Shown: one piece after another, positions 56,173 through 64,000 of the stretch
How positions within the stretch are numbered: position 1 is the stretch's first letter
Layout of the letters: every line of letters starts with the position of its first letter
IMG/VR virus record: IMGVR_UViG_3300021964_007369
Location: 1 to 64,000 of that record
Direction: 5' to 3' (one strand)
From: a virus
Length of the DNA stretch: 64,000 nt
The notes under the pieces: model-generated
Databases searched by the model: none
What the model saw: only the letters and a program-made list of their open reading frames with translations
What the model was told of the DNA's origin: nothing
Position numbers and translations under genes: made by a program

Positions 56173-59100
56173 TTCGGGCAACGCGGCTTGCTCTGCCTTC
56201 AAGAAGCGTGTTATCAAATTATTTGTAGTTTCTAATGAACTTCCGTTCGGTGTCCATAGTCTACCAATTTTCCTTGTTATTATTACTTTTTCTCCCATTT
56301 CAGGTGCTACAGCTAGTGTTACAACACTTGTAGTACCGTCTACAGTAAATTCCGCCGGAATTGTTTCATCCGCTTCCGGTGAATCTTGATCAAGCAAAAC
56401 ATTAAACTTACTTATTGAATTTTTACGTAAACGCTTTCCGCCTACAAAAACATCAAATTCGTTGTTAGTAGCAGGAGTAAATCCTAAATCATATGCTGTA
56501 GTACTACCGTCTCCGTCAAATGTAAGTGTTACTGTTTCGTCTTTGTACGGTACAGTTTGCTGGAAGCCTTGATTTAATACTTCACTTCCTGCTGTATGAG
56601 TAGTTGCTACTCCTGTACCTAATGTTCCTCGAGTAAGTTGTGATAACTTGTTTTCAGTCATTTTAAAGAATTCAATTCTTTCACTTCCTATCATAATTAC
56701 TCCAGGTAAATTATCTTTTGGATTAGGCTGGGCAATTCCTGAAACATCATCTAATACTATTTCCTTATCAAATACATTTAAGTCATTTAATAGTCTATAT
56801 TCCTTTGCATCACCTAAGCGTTTGTAAACAGTTCTATTAGTTAAATCTTTAAATTGTCTAAAGCCAAATTTATTTCCAAGCACGCCTTCAGTACTAAACT
56901 GTATAATTTCTATAGTATCGTTATCTGCAGGATTATTTTTTAACTTAATTGCTTTTTTATTGCTTGTAAGTTTATAATCTATACTAGGTGTTAAAAGGAC
57001 TTTATTTAATGTTACCCACACATAGTTTACATCTACAGGAATATTAGGTAACGGTACTACACCATTACGTAATCTATGATATTCTTCATGTTCATCTGTT
57101 CCAACAGTTAATGCAACTCTGTTTACAACATCAAAGTTTTGTTTTTCAATATTTTGTACATCGTGATTACTAAAATGATAAACTTCAATCGTTTGGTTTA
57201 TTGTTGGTATACTATCAAATGTAATTGTAGTAAATCCTGTACTATCATCATCTACAGTTGTTAACGAGTATTCACTATCAACTGTTACATAAATCTCTAA
57301 TAAGTCTCCAGGTACACCAACGCCTTCAAATAATTCAATACTACTATTGAACGGACGTATGATATAGTCCTGAGCACTTATAAGTTCTCTGGTACCATTC
57401 AGATAAACTTTAATATCGTTACTACTTAATTTGCCCGGCTCTTGTTGCCATTCTCTCATTTGATATTCTCTACCAGTAACAACATTAAATGTTTCTTTGT
57501 AACCACTTGATAAAATTGTATTTCCTACTTTTACAATCATATTTTGTATTGCAGGCTGTGCTGTGAAAGGAGTTAGGCTAAGTGTAAACGTTCCTGTTGA
57601 TCCGTCTCCAACAAAATTGTCAATTTTAATCTCACTAAATGTTTGTGCTTCGCCTTCGTAGATTGCATAATTGATAATGCTTCCATCTTTTGGTGCTTCA
57701 CCAAATGTTAACACGTAACGTCCGTCAACTATGTCAATAATACTTTCAGGTACTTTGCCGTCTATCGTTACATAATAATTTACTTCGTCTTGTTTATTAA
57801 CTCTAGTTACAAAAGAAGTTGTTGATCCATCTCCTATAAACACATCCATGTCTAATATTTTTTCACCATTACCTGATAAGCTAACAAGATTTACTAACGA
57901 ACCAGTAGACGGTGCTGTTGTAAATGTTATTTGTTTATTAGCATAGTCAACTGTGTATTGTGTTTTTGCATATAAAGTACTATTAACTTTGATAAACAAA
58001 CTATCTTCATTTTGTGGTAACACACCAAATTTAAATACTGTAGTATTGCCGTCACCTCTGTATGAGTTGCTACTAATAACACTTCCGCCTTTTCCTGATC
58101 TATGGAATACTTTAATGTCAACTGTATCTAATATTTGTCCTGGAACTAATTCTTCCGGACCCTTTGATGTTGTAGGTGTAACAAATCCATCACCATCGAT
58201 AATAATATCTTCTGGTCTAACTCCTGAAGCTGTAGTATAATTTAAATTTCCACCTTGAATAAGTGTATCATAACTTGCAGGGTCTGCAACAAAAGAACCA
58301 TCTGATGTTTGCTTTCTAATTATGAAAATATCTTCATCTTGTACAGTTACAACTTCTTCATCAAATTGTACTATATTTTCTAAGTTCTGATCATCTTGGA
58401 ATGTAAATCCTGTTTGACCGGATCCTGTAATACTAGAAATAATTGCAGAAGTATTTGTTTGTGCATCTGTTCCGAAGTTTGGATCATCTATTCTAATACC
58501 GTTTCTATAAACATTATAAACAGTACCCGAAGCCAAAGGCTTGGCTAATGTATAAACTTTAGTACTATCATCTGTAATTCTAAATACTTCGTCTTCGTAT
58601 GTTGTATCAAATGTATCGTAAGAGCTTGTGAACCATTTATCTGCGTCCCAGCCTGCGCCGCCGCCAAAGTTAATACTGTTAACTTCAACTCCGCCATAAT
58701 CAATTCCCTCTAGTAATTGAGAAAGATCATTTGCTAACATACCTGTTGTTGGATTATAAAATAATGATATCCTGTCTTGTGCTTGCAACATTGTAATATC
58801 TTTGTTATATTTTATAACAATATTACTGTTTGTTGTTGGAGCAGTATTAAACGATACTCTACCTGTTTGTCTAGTATAACCTTTTTTAGTATCTTTGATA
58901 TTAGATATAGTATACTGACTTCTTAGTGCTTCGATACCATTTACTGTTATAGTAACTGAATTTGTATCTAAGCTCATAGGATATTTTAAATCAAATAACT
59001 GTTGGTTTGCTAAACTTACGAAACTTTCGGTAGTATCAAGTGTTTGTAAGAGCATAGTGCCGGTTGTTCTATCAAATTTACAAATAATATGTGCATTTCG

Positions 59101-62100
59101 AATTTTTCCGTTACCTAGTTCTGCACTTACTGAAGCTTCAACGCCACCGTCTTCAATACTTCCGTTTAGTGTAACTGCTGGTGCTGTAATATATCCAGAC
59201 CCTGAATTAGTTACCTTAATACTAGATATTTTTCCGTTAGATCCTAAGTATGCCTGTGCTGTTGCTCCACTACCGCCGCCACCAGTAATTACTACTGCTG
59301 GAGCACTACTATAAAGTTTTCCGGCGTTTCCTATTACAATTTTAGTTATTTCGTATCCAACATTGTCAATAAAATATTTACTAGGATAGATATCTGTCTC
59401 TGCATCGCCTGTTAATACTCTATCACCATCAACAATAATTCCTTGTGGACGTATTTCTCCTGCACGTTCGTTATATACCGGTGGAGCATCAAAATCGGTT
59501 ACACTAGATTGTGAATTTTCAATCTGTGTGTAAGAACTTACATATTCACGTATCTTAGATTTGTATGGCTTTGCTTCTTTGATAAACTCTTCATAACTTG
59601 GTAAACTATCATTTTTAAATGTAATTTTTTGTTCTAAGTTTCCAACATTATGTTTTGCTTTTACAAAACTTGTTTTAAATGCCCAATCAATGTATGGCTG
59701 TTCTGCAAATGCATAACGTAAACTACTAAAGAATAATTTATTATATTCTATTTCAAGATCTGTTATAAAGATTTTTTCTTTAATTGCAGTTAATATTATT
59801 CTTAATTCTTCAACTGGTTGTAAATCAAAAAATCCACTATCGTAACTAATACCGTCAAACCCAGTATTTGATATTTTACTATCATAAATTAAACTGTTAA
59901 ATTTAATTGTACCATTTTGTCTACCAACTGTTTGATAATTTACTGTATAGTCAACACCCGGCAAGTCGTTAATTTTCTTTAGCAATAACCAGCCGCCTGT
60001 TCCTACACTATTAATTTTTACAACACTACCTAACGAGTCTTGTATTGACTCTAATTCGTATGCACCGTTAACAACAAAATTAATTGCAGTGTTTGCATTA
60101 TAGCCTGTGGCATACCAATCAATGTAACTCCAATATCTTGATACATTGTATGCTTGACTTGATGCTCTCTGGAATGTTGTACCTGTTAATGCATAAGTTG
60201 CCCATCTACCACCAATTGTTTCGTCTGCATTTATAAGAATTGTAAATGGCCTAACTATTGCAGAAACAGAATCGCTATAATTTTTACCTTCGTTAATAAT
60301 ATTTGCACTATTAACTTTACCATCAGAATCAATAGTTAATGATATTTCTCCTGCTTCGCCTTGAGAATCAATAATCTCAACTGTAGGAGGAGTAATATAG
60401 CCGGCACCTTGATCAGTAACTTGTATTTCTGCAATTTTGCCATTAACAAGAATTAAGTTTAATTTTGCTTGTTTAACAGTTGCAGTATTAACTAATCTCA
60501 ATTCTGCATATGTATCAATCGAACGATCAAATTCATTACTTGCAATACTCGGTGTAGGCGATCTTCTATTTAAATCACTTAGATCATATTCATCAACGAT
60601 TAACTTTTCTTTTAGTACAATATTAATACGTTCAAATAATTGTTTTACTGCTTCGTTACGGTTTATAAACATACTTTGACGTGGAATGTTTTGTATTCCG
60701 TACTTTTGCTTTGCACTTAGTACAGGATCTGGAACTACTCTTGCCTGAGCATCATATCCAATTAAACTGTCAAACCATTTACGTTCAATATCTACATTAG
60801 GCTTACTATTAGCAAGTCCTTCAGTTAATATTTGATACTCGTTATGTATATTAATATCTTGATTGTCCAACGTCCAATATCTTACATTTAGTGCAATGTC
60901 ATTATCTTCTATTAAACTTTCGCAGTTGTGTAAAGCAAATTTATTGTTACCAAGGAATGTTAAGAATTTGTATCCTTGATTATCAGGGTTGTCAATAAAT
61001 TGTGTAACTTCAAACGCACTTATCTTTCTGCCTGGTATATTTGGAACAATTCTTTTATTCTTAACCCAAAAGTAATAATAAGTTGTAAATGTACCTGTTG
61101 ATTCGTCATACTCTCTTATTAAGCTGTATGCATTGTTACCATATAACGATACACCACTAATACCTTGAGCAAGGCCTGATTCACTATCTGCTAACTGATC
61201 CCATTGTTCTGGATTAAGTGTCGATTGTACCCATTCGTAAACATTAACAGTTGTTCCGGGGAACTTTGAACTAAAATTGTTTATACTTGTTATAATATCA
61301 CCTTGATAAGGATTAATCCAACGTGTTGAATCAATATCCCACCATAGTTTTCCAACAAACTTTTTATTTGTGTAGTTTAGTGTATCTTGTGTTGCTACAT
61401 TATCAGTTACATTACTATATGTTGCAGGATCATAACTTGTTTTAAATGCAAGTTCTTGTTCTGCAGGACCTGCAATTTTTCCTTGTATAGGATCAATATA
61501 GTCTAAGTAAGTAACTAGTTTCTGAGTTTTTGTGTTATACAAAAACGCTCCATTAAATTTTTCTAAGTTTGCTTGATCAATTGGCGAACGTAACGTTCTC
61601 CATGATTTTGACCCTCTTATCTTCTTATAATCTATAATGAGACCTTTTGCAGTTGTACTATCATCTGGATTATCGTATTCAGGTAAACTTACATATACAT
61701 GATTGGAACTTACTTTAACATTATCACCGTAGTATAATACATCTCTGTTTAAACTAAAGTCTTGTGCATATACTAACGTATTATTAATCAGCTCAAATAT
61801 ACTAACTGTTCCACTATCACTGTCAGTGGTTACAAATGTTGTTAATTTATTATCAAATACAGTTGTGCCACTATCAAATCTTGTTTTATTTTCAATGTCT
61901 CCGCCTCTTGACGTAACTGATAGCGTTCCAGCATCGTAACTTAAAGCAGTACCAAACTGTGTGTTAATTTCTTTATCAATACTTCTAATAGTTTGAGTTA
62001 AATCAAATGTTCCGTTTACTTGATTATAAACATAAACAGTTCCGGAGTCAATTGCTTCTACGCTATTTTGTGGAGCACCTATAAATATTTTTGTTCCGTC

Positions 62101-64000
62101 ATCGGAAATACTTAGGCTTGCTCCAAATCCTTCATACTCGCTAATAGGAGAGTCTATAATTTGACTATATTGATATCTTCCGTTTGTCTTTCTATAGACA
62201 GCAACTTTTATTAGTGGCTTAGTACTGTCTTGATGATTAGTATAAGAAGCTGTTGTTACAAGTACTTCACCGTTTGCACTTACATCAAATTGTTCTCCAA
62301 AATTAGTAAGTAAATCTTGTTCAATTGCACTATCATCGCCTAATGTAATTCCACTTAGGTTCGGAATAAAGCCTTGTATTGCTGTGCTTTCAGAAATTTC
62401 AGTCCAAAAGTTGCTATTAAACGCTTGACTTGTAAGATTAGTTTTTGCTGTGTACAATTTATTATTATAGAATACAATTTCATCTTCAAAATAATCTGTT
62501 GTATTATCAAATACACCTCTATACTTAGGATCTTTACCTAATTGGAAAGTTGTATCGGTGCTTGTTTTATTAAAGAAATACAATCTTCCTTCATTATCTT
62601 CAGTATTATTTCCTGATGCATGAGCAATAATTGTATAGGTTGTGCCATCTTTAACAATTTTAATCTTATTACCTAGACGTAGATTATTTTGTGCTGTAGG
62701 CACTGTGAAATATCCATCTAAATTATAATCTTTTCCTGAACTTTTCTTGTATACTCCAATAACACCTTCATTTGTAAACCCACTTGCACTTGCTGTAGAT
62801 GATACTGGAATTTTATTTGTTTGTTGCCAGTCAAAGTTAAACTGATTCGGAGCGTCTACTGTTCTAGTAATACCTGTCTTTGATGTGTCTTCATATATCC
62901 AATATTCTAATCCAGTTAAACTAGTACTTGGACTAATAGGGATATCCTCTCCTTGATCAACTACAATTAATTTTCCAGCTGTTGCTGTATCAAGTTTAGT
63001 ATTAACAATATTACCAACAAGTCTTTCTGTACTATCATTTAAGAAAAACGATAGTGTAGATAAATCATTGTTTGCTTGTCCTAAACTCCAACCTGTAGTT
63101 GTATTTTTAACAAATAATCTTACTCTATCAAATAATCTAATAACTTTGGTTACTTCTGCACTTGCATTTGTTGCTTGGTCAAGAACTGTATCACCTACAA
63201 CAGGTATAAAAGGATTACCTTGTAAGTCAAAGTTTGTAAACAATACTTCAATTTCGCCATCCCATATATCATTTACAACATGTGTTGAACTGTTTAGATA
63301 ACTAAACGACAATCCTATAGCCGACGGGTTTTGTACAGCATTATTAACTCTTAGTGTATTAAGATTAAATCTAAATAGATCACCAATATCTAAAGTAGAG
63401 TTTACTGGTGCTCTAAATATCCATTCACTTGATAATGTTACAACTTCAGTTTGTCCTTCGACAAAACTTAAAGTTTCAATATAACTAATTGGAGTAACTT
63501 GTGCGGCAGGTACTGTTTTTAAATTATCATAGATATTTTGATATAAGTTTACAGTATCTACTTCATCAAGTTTAATAATATCTTTAATTATTAAATTTGG
63601 ATTAGTTTCAGCAACTACATCACTACTAAAAGTAGAACCAACATTTATTAACCACCAGCCATTGTAAGCTGTATAATCAGTTGGGAACACTTTTGTATAT
63701 TCACCTAAGTATGCAACTCCTGAATATATATCATCAGTAGTTTCAAAATCACCATTTACATCTTTTAAATAAATTATTGTTTTATTATCCGGATTATTAA
63801 ACCTATAATAAACTTCTGCTTTACCAGCGGTAGTTTGTACAGTATCACCTACACCCGGAACAGCTTGTGTGTTATCAATAAGAATAATTAAATCAATTTT
63901 TTCAACAATACTATGTTCACCGTTTATAAATTCTTTCGAAAGTACTGGACTATTGTCAAACGGTAATACTCCGCTTGCACTTAAAGTTGTATACTGATTC
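56170..64000 (-). CDS. Giant (>2600 aa) baseplate-wedge/tail structural protein, 5'-truncated by the window edge
   Basis: The frame stays open from 63690 to the window end. It contains beta-propeller-like (FG..IS.DG) repeats, G.GY..AP.V.I.G repeats and several GDGSTT.F repeats. Confidence 0.75.
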   Translation of the reverse strand, partial: NQYTTLSASGVLPFDNSPVLSKEFINGEHSIVEKIDLIILIDNTQAVPGVGDTVQTTAGKAEVYYRFNNPDNKTIIYLKDVNGDFETTDDIYSGVAYLGEYTKVFPTDYTAYNGWWLINVGSTFSSDVVAETNPNLIIKDIIKLDEVDTVNLYQNIYDNLKTVPAAQVTPISYIETLSFVEGQTEVVTLSSEWIFRAPVNSTLDIGDLFRFNLNTLRVNNAVQNPSAIGLSFSYLNSSTHVVNDIWDGEIEVLFTNFDLQGNPFIPVVGDTVLDQATNASAEVTKVIRLFDRVRLFVKNTTTGWSLGQANNDLSTLSFFLNDSTERLVGNIVNTKLDTATAGKLIVVDQGEDIPISPSTSLTGLEYWIYEDTSKTGITRTVDAPNQFNFDWQQTNKIPVSSTASASGFTNEGVIGVYKKSSGKDYNLDGYFTVPTAQNNLRLGNKIKIVKDGTTYTIIAHASGNNTEDNEGRLYFFNKTSTDTTFQLGKDPKYRGVFDNTTDYFEDEIVFYNNKLYTAKTNLTSQAFNSNFWTEISESTAIQGFIPNLSGITLGDDSAIEQDLLTNFGEQFDVSANGEVLVTTASYTNHQDSTKPLIKVAVYRKTNGRYQYSQIIDSPISEYEGFGASLSISDDGTKIFIGAPQNSVEAIDSGTVYVYNQVNGTFDLTQTIRSIDKEINTQFGTALSYDAGTLSVTSRGGDIENKTRFDSGTTVFDNKLTTFVTTDSDSGTVSIFELINNTLVYAQDFSLNRDVLYYGDNVKVSSNHVYVSLPEYDNPDDSTTAKGLIIDYKKIRGSKSWRTLRSPIDQANLEKFNGAFLYNTKTQKLVTYLDYIDPIQGKIAGPAEQELAFKTSYDPATYSNVTDNVATQDTLNYTNKKFVGKLWWDIDSTRWINPYQGDIITSINNFSSKFPGTTVNVYEWVQSTLNPEQWDQLADSESGLAQGISGVSLYGNNAYSLIREYDESTGTFTTYYYFWVKNKRIVPNIPGRKISAFEVTQFIDNPDNQGYKFLTFLGNNKFALHNCESLIEDNDIALNVRYWTLDNQDINIHNEYQILTEGLANSKPNVDIERKWFDSLIGYDAQARVVPDPVLSAKQKYGIQNIPRQSMFINRNEAVKQLFERINIVLKEKLIVDEYDLSDLNRRSPTPSIASNEFDRSIDTYAELRLVNTATVKQAKLNLILVNGKIAEIQVTDQGAGYITPPTVEIIDSQGEAGEISLTIDSDGKVNSANIINEGKNYSDSVSAIVRPFTILINADETIGGRWATYALTGTTFQRASSQAYNVSRYWSYIDWYATGYNANTAINFVVNGAYELESIQDSLGSVVKINSVGTGGWLLLKKINDLPGVDYTVNYQTVGRQNGTIKFNSLIYDSKISNTGFDGISYDSGFFDLQPVEELRIILTAIKEKIFITDLEIEYNKLFFSSLRYAFAEQPYIDWAFKTSFVKAKHNVGNLEQKITFKNDSLPSYEEFIKEAKPYKSKIREYVSSYTQIENSQSSVTDFDAPPVYNERAGEIRPQGIIVDGDRVLTGDAETDIYPSKYFIDNVGYEITKIVIGNAGKLYSSAPAVVITGGGGSGATAQAYLGSNGKISSIKVTNSGSGYITAPAVTLNGSIEDGGVEASVSAELGNGKIRNAHIICKFDRTTGTMLLQTLDTTESFVSLANQQLFDLKYPMSLDTNSVTITVNGIEALRSQYTISNIKDTKKGYTRQTGRVSFNTAPTTNSNIVIKYNKDITMLQAQDRISLFYNPTTGMLANDLSQLLEGIDYGGVEVNSINFGGGAGWDADKWFTSSYDTFDTTYEDEVFRITDDSTKVYTLAKPLASGTVYNVYRNGIRIDDPNFGTDAQTNTSAIISSITGSGQTGFTFQDDQNLENIVQFDEEVVTVQDEDIFIIRKQTSDGSFVADPASYDTLIQGGNLNYTTASGVRPEDIIIDGDGFVTPTTSKGPEELVPGQILDTVDIKVFHRSGKGGSVISSNSYRGDGNTTVFKFGVLPQNEDSLFIKVNSTLYAKTQYTVDYANKQITFTTAPSTGSLVNLVSLSGNGEKILDMDVFIGDGSTTSFVTRVNKQDEVNYYVTIDGKVPESIIDIVDGRYVLTFGEAPKDGSIINYAIYEGEAQTFSEIKIDNFVGDGSTGTFTLSLTPFTAQPAIQNMIVKVGNTILSSGYKETFNVVTGREYQMREWQQEPGKLSSNDIKVYLNGTRELISAQDYIIRPFNSSIELFEGVGVPGDLLEIYVTVDSEYSLTTVDDDSTGFTTITFDSIPTINQTIEVYHFSNHDVQNIEKQNFDVVNRVALTVGTDEHEEYHRLRNGVVPLPNIPVDVNYVWVTLNKVLLTPSIDYKLTSNKKAIKLKNNPADNDTIEIIQFSTEGVLGNKFGFRQFKDLTNRTVYKRLGDAKEYRLLNDLNVFDKEIVLDDVSGIAQPNPKDNLPGVIMIGSERIEFFKMTENKLSQLTRGTLGTGVATTHTAGSEVLNQGFQQTVPYKDETVTLTFDGDGSTTAYDLGFTPATNNEFDVFVGGKRLRKNSISKFNVLLDQDSPEADETIPAEFTVDGTTSVVTLAVAPEMGEKVIITRKIGRLWTPNGSSLETTNNLITRFLKAEQAALPE

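Noticed and set aside
1-64000. CRISPR arrays, tRNAs, IS elements, introns, inteins and stop-codon recoding
   Set aside because: Intergenic gaps are all short (about 100 nt or less), and I saw no spaced direct repeats, transposase or homing-endonuclease motifs. Genes are full length with TAA, TAG and TGA all used as stops.
1-64000. Bacterial chromosome or eukaryotic-virus origin
   Set aside because: T4-like late promoters, tail-collar/baseplate genes, T4-type RNase H, SD sequences and the absence of cellular housekeeping operons indicate a large tailed phage. The host cannot be determined from this window.

Overview
AT-rich, densely coded segment of a large T4-like (myovirus-type) dsDNA bacteriophage genome read in the standard genetic code. 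I found no tRNA, rRNA, CRISPR array or mobile element. There are three blocks. (1) 1-20.9 kb, + strand: a sugar-nucleotide module (TagD-like cytidylyltransferase, PMM-like HAD, epimerase), a probable sliding clamp, and a 7-deazaguanine DNA-modification neighbourhood (TGT/DpdA-like transglycosylase, QueD-fold protein with LxxxHRHxF, FolE, QueE; no QueC in the window). This neighbourhood is interleaved with a GT-B glycosyltransferase, a purine PRTase, an MBD4-like glycosylase and a HIT protein, and is followed by RNase H, a MoxR/VWA pair and a tail-fibre-like gene. (2) 21.0-49.2 kb, almost all - strand: a 28 kb island of about 31 genes with 11 radical SAM proteins (8 with an N-terminal twitch domain), 5 Fe(II)/2OG-type oxygenases, a fatty-acid desaturase, 2 nitroreductase-like proteins, a kinase-like protein, a methyltransferase, SGNH proteins and 4 glycosyltransferase-like proteins. 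(3) 49.2-64 kb, - strand: tail/baseplate structural genes, the last of which runs off the window. The best candidate for an undescribed system is the radical-SAM/oxygenase/glycosyltransferase island, probably for virion- or surface-glycan hypermodification. Other leads are a possibly glycosylated deazaguanine DNA base, an overprinted lipoprotein inside the QueD-like gene, and a compact structured leader in front of folE. All product calls come from motifs read by eye; no database search was run.
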